Below, piece after piece: positions 9,114-19,161 of a stretch of 64,000 bases of DNA (position 1 is the first letter of the stretch; each line of letters opens with the position of its first letter). The stretch is from contig JBFRWN010000017.1 in NCBI GenBank assembly GCA_051439605.1, positions 160,001 to 224,000 on the forward strand, read 5' to 3'. This DNA comes from Synechococcus sp. (GTDB lineage Bacteria; Cyanobacteriota; Cyanobacteriia; Thermostichales; PCC-7336). Both the position numbers and the translations under genes were made by a program. The notes beneath the pieces are model-generated. The model did not search any database. It saw only the letters and a program-made list of their open reading frames with translations, and had not been told where the DNA came from.

Positions 9114-9289
9114 GGCAAATGGAGAGTGATTGCAGAGTTCCCATGTACGGCAAACGCACCCCAGCGAAAGCCATGGGCGATTGCCCATCGCTATAATTTA
9201 AGTAGTCTCTTAGACCGTTGAGAACGGTCAGCCTAGTTGCAGAGGCCGAATGATTCACAACCCGTTTTTTCACCGATTTACCACCGTTT

Positions 9290-10415
9290 ATGGAAACAGC
9301 CGAACTAAGCCGCTCCCTCGAGGCATTAGACTCTCGCCTGGGTAAAGCCCAGGACTATCTTTGATGTCCCTGCCCTCGAACAACAAATAGCCGTCATGGA
9401 GCAGGAAGTCTCTCAGCCCGAGTTTTGGGGTGATGCCGAGGCTGCCCGCAAGTCCATGCAAAAGCTGAATTCCCTCAAGCAGCCGCTCGAACAATTGAAA
9501 GATTGGCGATCGCGTCTTGAGGATGCGCAAGCCATCCTGGAGCTGCTGGAGGAGGATGACGATCCTGCTTTACGCGATGAAGCTGAGCAGGCTGCTTCCA
9601 CGTTGGTGAACGAGCTGGACGCCTGGGATTTACAACAGCTGTTGTCTGGCCCCTTCGATCGCAAGGGGGCTATGTTAACCATTACAGCTGGTGCTGGTGG
9701 TACAGACGCTCAGGATTGGGCAGAGATGCTCCTGCGCATGTACGTCCGCTGGTGCGAAAACCAGGGATACACGGTCAGCACGCTAGAACTGTCGCAGGGG
9801 AACGAAGCAGGGATTAAGTCCGCCACCATTTCGGTGGATGGGGACTATGCCTATGGCTATTTGTCAGCAGAGAAAGGCAACCACCGCATGGAGCGTATCA
9901 GCCCCTTTAACGCCAACGGTAAACGCCAAACGAGTTTTGCTGGGGTCGAGGTTATGCCCATTCCCGATGAGGAAGCCGAGTTCGAGCTGAAGCCCGACGA
10001 GCTGGAGTTCGAAACTTCTCGCTCGGGGGGGGCGGGGGGCCAAAACGTCAACAAAGTTGAAACCGCCGTACGGGTGGTGCACAAACCCACCGGAATTGCG
10101 GTGCGCTGCACCCAAGAGCGATCGCAATTACAGAACAAAGAGCGGGCTCTGCAAATTCTCAAGGGCAAGTTGATGGAGCTGGAGGAGGAAAAGCGCCAGC
10201 AAGAATTGTCGGAAATTCGCGGTGAAATGGTCACCCAAGGGTTTGGGGGACGCATCCGTACCTATACTTTCGACCCCTACAAAATGATCAAAGATCACCG
10301 GACGGGGGTAGAAACTCATAACGTCGATGGCTTTATGCAGGGGGATGCTGACGAGCTGGCTGCGTTTATCCAAACCTATTTGCGTCAAGTCAATGGTGTG
10401 GGAATGGAAGAGTAA
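9290..10415 (+). CDS. prfB: Peptide chain release factor 2, programmed +1 frameshift (join 9290..9361, 9363..10415)
   Basis: ATG 9290 opens [24 protein letters not shown], then CTT TGA. The +1 frame continues [14 protein letters not shown] into the ORF carrying [14 protein letters not shown] and GGQ. Confidence 0.95.
9351..9365 (+). promoter_or_regulatory. RF2 autoregulatory frameshift site (internal SD-like AGGA plus CTT TGA)
   Basis: Sequence is AGGACTATCTTTGAT. Confidence 0.9.
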
Positions 10416-10601
10416 GGCGGTGTCTGGAATTCGATCCGTTCTTAAACTGGGCCAGCTACCGTTCATACTAGCTAGACTGAACACTTTGACATCGAGCGGA
10501 GAGTGGATGGCAGAGAGCTCACATTCGATGACTGTTTAGGTAGTATCTTCGAATGTTATCTTTGCCCTTAAGTTGCATTTGTGGCAGACAGTCAAGAGAT
10601 A

Positions 10602-10619
10602 GTTACAAAACTTGACTTT
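10602..10619 (+). promoter_or_regulatory. Possible HLR1 (RpaB) element overlapping the -35 of the hli gene
   Basis: GTTACAAA-AC-TTGACTTT: one good and one degenerate half-site with 2-nt spacing, upstream of an hli gene. Confidence 0.35.
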
Positions 10620-10680
10620 TTTAGAGATCGAAGACACTATGAATTTAGGTTAAGTACCTCTTACTTGCAGGAGATCGCTC

Positions 10681-10824
10681 ATGGAATCTCAAGACACCCG
10701 TTTCGGCTTCACTAGTTTTGCAGAAAAGTGGAATGGCCGTCTGGCTATGCTGGGCTTCGTTATTGGTATTGCCACCGAGCTGCTTACTGGTGAAGGTATT
10801 CTGACGCAAATTGGCCTGATGTAA
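10681..10824 (+). CDS. High-light-inducible protein (Hlip/SCP, 47 aa, HliC-like)
   Basis: Read by hand: MESQDTRFGFTSFAEKWNGRLAMLGFVIGIATELLTGEGILTQIGLM*. ExxNGRxAM chlorophyll-binding motif and AGGAGA RBS. Missed by the ORF track. Confidence 0.95.
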   Translation: MESQDTRFGFTSFAEKWNGRLAMLGFVIGIATELLTGEGILTQIGLM

Positions 10825-10877
10825 GCGCAGTCCAAAGAGTTGAATTCAAGCTCTGAAGTTCATGTAGTACTATGTTT

Positions 10878-10904
10878 GCCTCCGCGATCAGCGGAGGCTT
10901 TTTT
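10878..10904 (+). terminator. Intrinsic terminator after hli
   Basis: GCCTCCGC-gatca-GCGGAGGC followed by T6. Confidence 0.85.
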
Positions 10905-11164
10905 ACGGTCTTCCTTCCCACAACTTCCACTCTAAGGACCTCGCCCTCTAGGAAATCGGTCGCGATAGCTAAATTGAAGTGGATGTGGAATAGATGACGG
11001 CCGGTTGACGGCTTAGCGATCGCTATCTTTATCTTCTCTACCACTGAAGTGAAGTCTTTATTCCAACTGCCACTTTTACACCGTACACAAAGGTTTTTCG
11101 CTGCCTGAAGGCACCCTACCGTATCGTCTGCCAGATGCCAGATACATGAAGTTGAGAGGGTCAG

Positions 11165-12172
11165 TTACAGTGGCTTTTCCGATTGGGAGTTGCGGCTTTC
11201 TGCCACAGTTGTGGAGAGAGCTAATGGATCGAAAACATCGCCCCGTTGCGCGCGGAACATGCCAAATCGGCATAACCCTGTCCCAAAGGCGAAGCGCATC
11301 AAGAGCAGTGTGGGAACCTCCCGCAAGGACTTAACAAACCCCGAAAAACCAAACTTCACAAGACCTCGGGGGCGAACAATTCCCTGCCAAATGGAGTCGA
11401 TCCAGGAGGGTAGCGTTTCTGCAGTCCAGTCATCCGTAAACACCTCTCCGGCGACAAACCCCGTTTCTGCTAGCAGTTCTGAAAATCCTTCAATGCTAGA
11501 AAATTTGGGGTGAGACCACTGATCTAGCAACTGCTTCATGACGGGCTTTTCCCAGAAATTGAGAGGAATTTGACGATCGTCCCGCTGATTCCAATCCGCC
11601 ACCACCAAGATTCCTCCTGGCTTTAGTACCCGCATCAGCTCTGTAGCAAACAGAGCCTTGTCAGGCATGTGGGGACCTGCTTCCACTGACCACACAACAT
11701 CAAAACTGGCATCGGGATAGGACAATGCCAGGGCGTCATCGACCTTGAATGTGGCGTCTACATCGGCAGGGGTCAGTTGCTGGGCTCGTTTCACCTGTTG
11801 GGGGCTGATGGTGACCCCAGTAACGGAGAAGCCAAAGTCTTTGGCTAAGATACGGCTGCTACCACCGATACCGCAGCCCACATCCAACAGTGAACTGCCA
11901 CTGGGCAGTTTGTCTAATCCTCCCCACTGCACCATCTCGCGCACGAAATCGATCTTGGCTTGGATAAAGTTCTTGCGCCGCGGGGGTAAGCCGTAGTGCC
12001 CTAAATGAATGTGCTCCCCCCAATAAAATTCGAGGATGCCGTCCTCCGTCCATTCGTCGTAGGAATTGGCCACAGTATCAGCAGACTCGTAAGCTCGGGG
12101 GGTGAGGAGATAGACAGCGATGCCGATGGCGGGTAGAGCAACAAGCAGACCAAGGATAAGGGGGAGACTCAT
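11165..12172 (-). CDS. SAM-dependent methyltransferase, cyanobacterial MPBQ/MSBQ methyltransferase type (tocopherol/plastoquinone pathway)
   Basis: N-terminal TM; Y.S.D.VANSYD.WT.DGILE.YWGEHIHLGHYG; LDVGCGIGGSSR; WSVEAGPHMPDK. Confidence 0.8.
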   Translation of the reverse strand: MSLPLILGLLVALPAIGIAVYLLTPRAYESADTVANSYDEWTEDGILEFYWGEHIHLGHYGLPPRRKNFIQAKIDFVREMVQWGGLDKLPSGSSLLDVGCGIGGSSRILAKDFGFSVTGVTISPQQVKRAQQLTPADVDATFKVDDALALSYPDASFDVVWSVEAGPHMPDKALFATELMRVLKPGGILVVADWNQRDDRQIPLNFWEKPVMKQLLDQWSHPKFSSIEGFSELLAETGFVAGEVFTDDWTAETLPSWIDSIWQGIVRPRGLVKFGFSGFVKSLREVPTLLLMRFAFGTGLCRFGMFRAQRGDVFDPLALSTTVAESRNSQSEKPL

Positions 12173-12278
12173 TAAGGAGTGTCTTTATATTTGTTAACAA
12201 TTATTCTCTCACTATACCAAGCCTCCCTAGACTGTCCCTTCTCTCGATCGGTTGAAGACTGTGCGATCGCCAGAAGAA

Positions 12279-13934
12279 TTACGCTCCCTTTTGCAGCTGC
12301 CAAAACTGAATCGACTGGGCCGCCCCTAACTTTAAGCCTGAAATGTTGGGACTCCCGAAGGCATAGTCTATTCCTTGTACCAGTGGAATAAACGGTACTT
12401 GTTCGGCGATCGCCGCCTGAGCATCCTCCAGCAATTGTTGGCGAGTTTTGGGATCGGCTTCTACTCGCTGTGCCTGCACCATATCGTTAATCAATTCGTC
12501 AAAGAAAAAGGAGCCGTGGGCATAGGTGGAACCTTCCACGCAGATTCCATCTTCAGCGCGATCGCACAGCACAAACGGCTGTAAATAATTATCGGGGTCT
12601 AAAAAGTCTGGCGCCCAGGACAGTAACACCATGGGATAGCTGCCCTTGTCTAAATTGCTGAACAGGGAGGCCGCTTCCACCGACTGCAGCTCAAGTTGAA
12701 AGAGACCCTCCAGATCCGCTTCTAGCGATGCCTTGAGTGTATTGGAAATTAGCTCCCCGCGGGCATTGCTGGAGGCGTGCCAAAGTGTGGTTTGAGCCGG
12801 TGAATCTTGGGTAAAGCCAGCTCCGCGTAACAGCGTTTTGGCCTGTTCCAGATCGCGATCTCCGTACTTATTCAAAAAAGCAGGGCTGGCCGCCGCAACA
12901 GTGTCCGGAATAAGGGAATATAGCGGTGAAGCCTGGTTGAGAAAAACCCGTTCCTGAAGCAGGGTGCGGTTGATGGCGGCGGCGATCGCCTGCCGCACTT
13001 CTACGCGATCCAGTGGCGGTTGAGTGACGTTCAGTACCAAGTAGCGGATCAAGGAGCTAGTTTGGGCAGCCACTTGCCAGTTTCGGGACTCTTGCTCGTT
13101 GACTAACGTTTGTATCTGACTGGGCTCGAGGGTTTGAAAAGCCACATCAATGGCCTGGCTTTTGAAGGCGTTGAGTAGGGAGGCAGGGGTATTGAAGATT
13201 TGGACATCAATGCCGCTGTTGGCGGCGGGTTCCCCCCAATAGTCATCGTTGCGATCGAGCACTATGCGGGCATTCTCGGCATAGTCCACTAGGCGGTAAT
13301 GACCGGTTGCAACCACCGTCTCTGGCTGAAATCCTCCGATGGAATGGGCGGCTGGAGAAACAGCACAGGCCCCAGGAAAGGCCAGGGTAGCAGTGAGGGC
13401 GCTAAAGGGCTTCTCTAGGCCTATTGTTAGCTCGTACTCTCCAGTAGCTTGGATCGATTGCACCACATCCGCCAGTAGAAAGGCTGGCTTGCCACCGTTT
13501 TCCATCAGCCGACGCAGCGAAAAGGCCATGGCATCGGCATTAAACGCCGTGCCGTCGTGGAACGTAACCCCCTGCCGTAAAGGAATGGTGTAGGTGGTGC
13601 CGTTTTCGCTAATCTGCGGCATGGAAGTGGCTAGCAGTGGAACTAGATTTCCACTGTTTGGTTCGTAGGCGTATAAAGTTTCACCAATATTGAGCAGTAG
13701 ATTCAGGGAAACGGGTTCGAAAGCATCGGAAGGATCGAGGGTGCGGATGCGATCGGTAATGCCAAAGGAAATGCGGCGATCGCTGGGGTTTGTTGCCTCT
13801 TGCGGAGGAGAATCCTCTGGTTGCTGAGGTGTGGAGGTGGTGCCACATCCCACCAAGACCAATCCGGCCCCACCGCAAAAAGCGAGGAACCGGCGACGGG
13901 AGGGGGAAAAGTCGATCCAGTTGTGATTCATCAC
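12279..13934 (-). CDS. ABC transporter substrate-binding lipoprotein, family 5 (peptide/nickel)
   Basis: Twin-arginine signal SRRRFL with lipobox LVGC; RTLDP; LRQGVTFHDGT.FNA; W.PDF.DPDNY. Confidence 0.88.
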   Translation of the reverse strand: MMNHNWIDFSPSRRRFLAFCGGAGLVLVGCGTTSTPQQPEDSPPQEATNPSDRRISFGITDRIRTLDPSDAFEPVSLNLLLNIGETLYAYEPNSGNLVPLLATSMPQISENGTTYTIPLRQGVTFHDGTAFNADAMAFSLRRLMENGGKPAFLLADVVQSIQATGEYELTIGLEKPFSALTATLAFPGACAVSPAAHSIGGFQPETVVATGHYRLVDYAENARIVLDRNDDYWGEPAANSGIDVQIFNTPASLLNAFKSQAIDVAFQTLEPSQIQTLVNEQESRNWQVAAQTSSLIRYLVLNVTQPPLDRVEVRQAIAAAINRTLLQERVFLNQASPLYSLIPDTVAAASPAFLNKYGDRDLEQAKTLLRGAGFTQDSPAQTTLWHASSNARGELISNTLKASLEADLEGLFQLELQSVEAASLFSNLDKGSYPMVLLSWAPDFLDPDNYLQPFVLCDRAEDGICVEGSTYAHGSFFFDELINDMVQAQRVEADPKTRQQLLEDAQAAIAEQVPFIPLVQGIDYAFGSPNISGLKLGAAQSIQFWQLQKGA

Positions 13935-14374
13935 TCATCCACATCGCAAGAACGTTACGGATTATAGGTGCATCAAACCGTTGGAATCGAGTAAGTTTGT
14001 CTTAGCTTCATTCTTGTAGCCTATGATTCACAGAAATTTCACGCCCTGTGCTTATAGTGAGTGCAGTGAGGATTCAGACGGCACATCCGCTGTTGCGCGA
14101 GTAGGATGTTCGCGAGAGAACAAAAGCATCTAATTGCAGCATTGCTAACTTCCAATGCCCATCGATACTGCCTCCCACATCCAGTTGGAGATAGTTCTCC
14201 AATCCGTGCACGTTCAAGTGGATGTTGGAGAAATGGTTGTTATGCTACGTTTGTAGGCTCTCCCCGCCAAGTTTTATACAGACCCAACTGTCCGCGATAG
14301 GGATTTCTCCATAAGACCTGCCGCCGTTGTCACGCTCGACCGCAAACGGTCAGAGAAGATTGAGGGATACAGAG

Positions 14375-14587
14375 ATGAATCTACTCAAGTGGGCAATCGC
14401 CCGAATCAGTCACCGTTGCCCTAGTTGGCAAGATTTAGGATACATAGCCATCTTAGTCTTGTCCGCTTTGGCTGCCTTGGCGTTCTTCGAACAATATCGG
14501 GCGGTCAATGAAGGCGATCCAGCCGTTCAGATTCCCGCTGTTCTAACCCAGCTCGACGTTCCAGGGGAAAGATCCATTGAACCCTGA
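14375..14587 (+). CDS. Small hypothetical membrane protein (70 aa)
   Basis: ATG 14375 follows GAGGG; one TM segment (LGYIAILVLSALAALAFF). Confidence 0.5.
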   Translation: MNLLKWAIARISHRCPSWQDLGYIAILVLSALAALAFFEQYRAVNEGDPAVQIPAVLTQLDVPGERSIEP

Positions 14588-14785
14588 TGTTGCGGCAGCG
14601 CAGCACGAACTATAGCTGTTGCATCTCAGTTAGGCCAGCTAGATCTGTGGGGAGTCAGGGGTCTGAATGGCTGAAATGTTCTAAGCGACTGGACAGTTGT
14701 AGGCCTTCAGAGGCTTTATAGCCGCACTCGCCGTAACTTTTGCTATACAGTCAAGAACTACTGCACATCATTCCCCAGACTTTGG

Positions 14786-15622
14786 ATGAATATCGGCATT
14801 GTTGGCATGGGTCTGATTGGCGGCTCTCTAGCATTGGAATTTCGCAAACACGGTCATACCGTTTGGGGAACCAGTCGCAATTTCGCCACCTGTCAAACGG
14901 CACTCGATCGCCAAATTGTGCACCATGCCAGCACGGATCTGGCCAGTCTTCAGGACACAGACATCGTCTTCATTTGCACCCCGATTCCCTACGTGCTGTC
15001 CACAGTGGAAGCCCTTGCCACCATTTTGCGAGCGGATGCCGTAATGACCGATGTGGCATCGGTTAAAGAAGCAATCGCCCAACCTGCTACAGACATCTGG
15101 CCGAATTTTGTGGCTGCTCACCCGATGGCGGGCACCGCCGAGCATGGAATTGATGCGGCTCAGTTCGACCTGTTTCCTGACTGTGCTTATGTCATTACCC
15201 CTGTTGCTGCTACGCGGCCGGTGGCAATTGACAGGCTTGAATCAGTATTGCAATCTTTGCGCGTTAATCTGGTGCATACGACTCCCAATACCCACGACGC
15301 TGCTGTGGCGTGGATCAGTCACCTGCCAGCGATGGTGAGTGCTTCGTTGGTAGCTACGGTGGGTAACGCCGTGGCGGAGGAGGCTCAGCTAGCTCAGAAG
15401 TTGGCCAGTAGTGGGTTTCGGGATACTAGCCGCGTAGGGGGGGGGAATCCTGAGCTGGGGGCAGCAATGGCGCAATTTAATCGACAGGCGTTGTTGAGGT
15501 CGCTGTATGCCTATCGAGAGCAGTTAGATGCGATTGTGGCGGATATTGAAGCGGAAGATTGGGCAGGATTGTTTGCCAAGTTGGAGAAAAATACTGAGCT
15601 AAGGGCTTCGTTTGTGGATTGA
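14786..15622 (+). CDS. tyrA: Prephenate/arogenate dehydrogenase
   Basis: IGIVGMGLIGGS Rossmann motif; TDVASVK; HPMAG; HD.AVAWISHLP; ASSGFRDTSRVGGGNP. Confidence 0.92.
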   Translation: MNIGIVGMGLIGGSLALEFRKHGHTVWGTSRNFATCQTALDRQIVHHASTDLASLQDTDIVFICTPIPYVLSTVEALATILRADAVMTDVASVKEAIAQPATDIWPNFVAAHPMAGTAEHGIDAAQFDLFPDCAYVITPVAATRPVAIDRLESVLQSLRVNLVHTTPNTHDAAVAWISHLPAMVSASLVATVGNAVAEEAQLAQKLASSGFRDTSRVGGGNPELGAAMAQFNRQALLRSLYAYREQLDAIVADIEAEDWAGLFAKLEKNTELRASFVD

Positions 15623-15700
15623 TGTGATTGCGGCTTGAGTCCTGTATTCGGTTCAATCGAAGCCAACGAATTGATGGATAAAACTATGGATAAAAACAAA

Positions 15701-15727
15701 GACAGCTTCGGAGGATCCTAAGCTGTC
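15701..15727. terminator. Hairpin between convergent tyrA and galE
   Basis: GACAGCTT...AAGCTGTC inverted repeat. Confidence 0.55.
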
Positions 15728-15758
15728 TATTGATTGCGATGGGTCTTGTAACGGGTTT

Positions 15759-16781
15759 CTAGCGGGAGGCTACAGCAACTGAGGCTTCTGCTTGCTGCTT
15801 GCGGGTCAGCTCGTTGTTATGCCAGTTCCAGGCATGCTCCACTATCGTGGTTAGATCGCCGTAGCGGGGAATCCAACCTAACAACTCCTCGGCTAGAGCA
15901 TTGCTACCCACCAACTTCGGCGAATCCCCTGGACGGCGGGGACTGATGGCAACGGGGAATTGGCGCTCGGCCACCTGCATGACCTTGTCGGCCACTTCTT
16001 TGACGGAGAAGCCGCGCATGTTTCCCAAGTTGAAGATTTGGCTACTGTGCTCTCGCTTGAGGTATTGCAAGGCGAGGCTGAAGGCGTCAGCTAAGTCCAT
16101 CACGTGGATGTAGTCACGAATGCAGGTGCCGTCTGGGGTGTCGTAATCATCACCGAACATCTTCAGGCTGGAACGCACTCCCAATGCGGCCTCAATCGCG
16201 ATCGGAATCAGGTGGGTTTCGGGGTCGTGATCTTCACCGATAGTGCCGTCGGGGGCTGCTCCGGCGGCGTTAAAGAAGCGGAACACCACCGATTGAATAT
16301 CGTAGGCGTGGCGGTAGTCCTGCAGAATACGTTCCACCATCCACTTGGTGGCTCCGTAGGGGCTGAGGGGATTGAGGGGGTGGGATTCGGGGATGGGCAG
16401 AATTTGCGGGTCGCCGTACACCGCACAGGTGGACGGAAAAACAAAGTGCTTTACATTGGCCGCCACCATGGCGTCCAGCACCGTCAAGGTGTTGGCCACG
16501 TTGTTACGATAATAGAGGCCTGGGGAGGTGGTGGATTCTCCCACCTGAATAGACGCAGCTAGGTGGCAGACTGCGGAAAATGAATGTTGGTTGAAGAGAT
16601 TTTCCAGTAGGCTGGCATCGCCAATGTCGCCAACCACCAGCTTGCCATCTGGGACAAAATCAGCACGACCGCTGGACAGATTATCGAGGACAACAACGTC
16701 GTACCCATCATTGAGGAGAACCTTAACTACATGGGAGCCGATATAACCTGCTCCACCGGTGACGAGGATTGTCTCTTTCAT
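15759..16781 (-). CDS. galE: UDP-glucose 4-epimerase
   Basis: ILVTGGAGYIGSH; PYGATK (YxxxK); RFFNAAGA; ETHLIP; DGTCIRDYIHV.DLA. Confidence 0.9.
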   Translation of the reverse strand: MKETILVTGGAGYIGSHVVKVLLNDGYDVVVLDNLSSGRADFVPDGKLVVGDIGDASLLENLFNQHSFSAVCHLAASIQVGESTTSPGLYYRNNVANTLTVLDAMVAANVKHFVFPSTCAVYGDPQILPIPESHPLNPLSPYGATKWMVERILQDYRHAYDIQSVVFRFFNAAGAAPDGTIGEDHDPETHLIPIAIEAALGVRSSLKMFGDDYDTPDGTCIRDYIHVMDLADAFSLALQYLKREHSSQIFNLGNMRGFSVKEVADKVMQVAERQFPVAISPRRPGDSPKLVGSNALAEELLGWIPRYGDLTTIVEHAWNWHNNELTRKQQAEASVAVASR

Positions 16782-17060
16782 GGGTTTTTACAACTCTTTG
16801 TTAATAGTTATACGTGACTTCTACATTTTTCGTAAGTATCGCGGGATGCTCTTTTACGCTGAGTTCTGATACTGACTTGTGAGACTGCGGGGAGGAAGTT
16901 GAGAGCCAATGCTTGAAGTACGGGAATTTTCAGCTCGAGAAATTTTACAGTTCGGAACATAACAGGTTTGAAATTGACAGCCAGACTCGATCGCGGCTCA
17001 AAACTGAACCACCGGCGATATCCCGACCTACGATAGTTAAGAGATATAAAGGCGTGACTC

Positions 17061-18179
17061 GTGCTGCAGCTTAGTTCTGAGGAAACCCCTCCATCAACAC
17101 CTTCCATCGCAATGACAGATGCTGGCATGAAGGGCATAGGTACGGAGATCGCGATCCGGGTCGATCGCCTTACTAAACAGTTTGCCCAATTGCGGTCTAT
17201 CCCTCAGCTCTTGCGCAATCAACCGGTTCAGTCCCAGACCGTCTTGCAGGATGTCTCCTTCCAGGTGGGCAAGGGGGAGGTGTTTGGGGTGCTGGGCACT
17301 AATGGGGCGGGGAAGACCACTCTGACTCGCATTCTATGCACGATGGTGTGGCCCGATCGCGGTTCGGTGCAGGTGGCGGGAGCAAACGTCGTTCAGCGAC
17401 CCCTAGATGTCCGAAAATCTGTCGGATATGTCACCTGCGCCGATCGCTCGTTTGAGGAACGAATTAGCGCGATCGGAAACTTGAGATTTTTTGCTGCCCT
17501 GAATGACTTAAATGGCCGAGAGCTGGAGCATCGGGTGGCTGAAGTGATAGAGCAAGTGGGCCTGAATGACTTCGCCCACCAAGCAGTGCGGAGCTTTTCG
17601 ACGGGGATGAAACAAAAGCTAGCGATCGCCCGCGCGCTCTTGCACAATCCGCAAATTCTGTTTTTAGACGAGCCCACGAGTGGTTTGGACCCCTTGGCGG
17701 CCGATCGCTTCCGAAGGTTTTTGCAACAGCTTTCGAAAGAGCACCAGCGCACCATCTTTCTGTGTACGCACATGCCAGATGAAATCGAGCAGTTGTGCGA
17801 TCGCGTGTTGTTTTTGCACCGGGGGCGCAGTTTGGCCTCTGGCACGCTGGGGGCAATTCGGCGGACGGTGCGCCCCTACTCCGAGTACGAGATAGTCACG
17901 TTAGAACCGCCACCGTTTCAATCGGGTGCCGCGATTGCTTCTGGAGTTGAAGTGTTACAGATCCAACCTCTACACGGGTGTGCGGGTTGGCTGATGCGAA
18001 TCTCTGTGAAACAAGCAGTCATCAACCCGCAACGGGAAGAAGCGACGATTGCTGCAGTTCTGCAGCAGTTGGTTGCACTCCAGCTCGATGTTGCGGAATG
18101 CCGTAAGCAAGAGATGTCGCTGGCGGACTTGTACGCGGCACTGACCGAGAACATCGTGAGTTTGGAGGCGAGATCGTAA
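17061..18179 (+). CDS. ABC-2 type exporter ATP-binding protein
   Basis: GTNGAGKT Walker A; FSTGMKQK signature; LFLDEPTSGLDP. Start may be ATG 17112. Confidence 0.88.
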   Translation: MLQLSSEETPPSTPSIAMTDAGMKGIGTEIAIRVDRLTKQFAQLRSIPQLLRNQPVQSQTVLQDVSFQVGKGEVFGVLGTNGAGKTTLTRILCTMVWPDRGSVQVAGANVVQRPLDVRKSVGYVTCADRSFEERISAIGNLRFFAALNDLNGRELEHRVAEVIEQVGLNDFAHQAVRSFSTGMKQKLAIARALLHNPQILFLDEPTSGLDPLAADRFRRFLQQLSKEHQRTIFLCTHMPDEIEQLCDRVLFLHRGRSLASGTLGAIRRTVRPYSEYEIVTLEPPPFQSGAAIASGVEVLQIQPLHGCAGWLMRISVKQAVINPQREEATIAAVLQQLVALQLDVAECRKQEMSLADLYAALTENIVSLEARS

Positions 18180-19006
18180 TGAACGCTGCCAACATCGCGG
18201 GATGGACACGCAAGCTGCTGGCATTTGCTCGTAAAGATTTACAGGTGGCTACCAGCTACCGCACCGATTTTCTAGCCCGCAATTTTGGCATCCTCAGTTT
18301 CACCCTGCTGTTTTATTTCGCGGGGGGGTCGATGGGGGGGGAAGGCGGCATTGGGCTGCTGGGGGGAGAGAGTGTCGAATACTTTCCATTTGTCGTCATT
18401 GGCTTGGCGTTCCTGACGTTTATCAACACGTTGGTGAACGACTTCCCCGAAACCATTAAGCAGGCTCAAACCTTTGGCACTCTGGAGCCGATGTTGATTA
18501 CCACCACGCCTATTTGGCTCATTTTGGCGGGTAATCTCAGCTATCCCCTGATTCGCAGCAGCCTCAACGTACTGAGCTATTTCCTCCTAGCGGTGCTGTT
18601 GGGGGTGGATTTAACGCAAGCCAACTGGCTGTCGGCGATCGCCGTATTCATCACTACGGTGGCAGCCTTTGGAGGACTAGGGGCGCTTTTGGGGGCCAGC
18701 GTGATGGTGTTTAAGCAGAACTTCAGCCGCTTTGTGCTGCAAACCCTGTTTGCCCTTTTTGGCGGGGTATTTTTCCCAATTGACTCGCTGCCTACAGGCT
18801 TACGCTGGTTGGCCTACTGTATTCCCCTCACCCCAGCGTTAGAAGGGATGCGAGCGGCAATACTGCGGGGGGCAACAGTGGTGGAGTTGTGGCAGCCACT
18901 GCTGCAGCTCTCAATATTTGCAGCAGTGCTCTTACCCCTGGGGTTCGGTACATTTCGAACAGCAGTTCGCGTGGCTCAAAAAGACGGCACGCTGACGTAT
19001 CGGTAA
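18179..19006 (+). CDS. ABC-2 type exporter permease
   Basis: About six TM segments; GTLE..L.T; GGVFFP...LP. TAATG overlap with the ATPase gene. Confidence 0.85.
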   Translation: MNAANIAGWTRKLLAFARKDLQVATSYRTDFLARNFGILSFTLLFYFAGGSMGGEGGIGLLGGESVEYFPFVVIGLAFLTFINTLVNDFPETIKQAQTFGTLEPMLITTTPIWLILAGNLSYPLIRSSLNVLSYFLLAVLLGVDLTQANWLSAIAVFITTVAAFGGLGALLGASVMVFKQNFSRFVLQTLFALFGGVFFPIDSLPTGLRWLAYCIPLTPALEGMRAAILRGATVVELWQPLLQLSIFAAVLLPLGFGTFRTAVRVAQKDGTLTYR

Positions 19007-19161
19007 GTCGTTGCCCTGCATTTCAAAACGTCCCACTTGCGGCAAGGGAATGACAAGAGATTTCCTAATCGGCGGACTGACCTAAAGGCTACATAAAGAG
19101 TAGTCTAAGGTACTAAAATCCCCCTTTAAGATTGGGAATCAGCCGCTTTTTCTGGTGTCCC

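Noticed and set aside
9148..9190. c-di-GMP-I-like riboswitch (GGCAAAC...GAAA) upstream of prfB
   Set aside because: It lacks the GCAAA junction and second stem, and lies upstream of the apparent TATAAT -10, so it is probably untranscribed.
9396..10415. prfB starting at ATG 9396 as in the ORF track
   Set aside because: The true start is 9290, with a programmed +1 frameshift at CTT TGA; it is not a pseudogene.
14786..15622. Functional link between tyrA (prephenate use) and the CmoA-like gene (prephenate as carboxyl donor)
   Set aside because: They are separated by ~8.7 kb and several unrelated genes, so proximity is probably coincidental.
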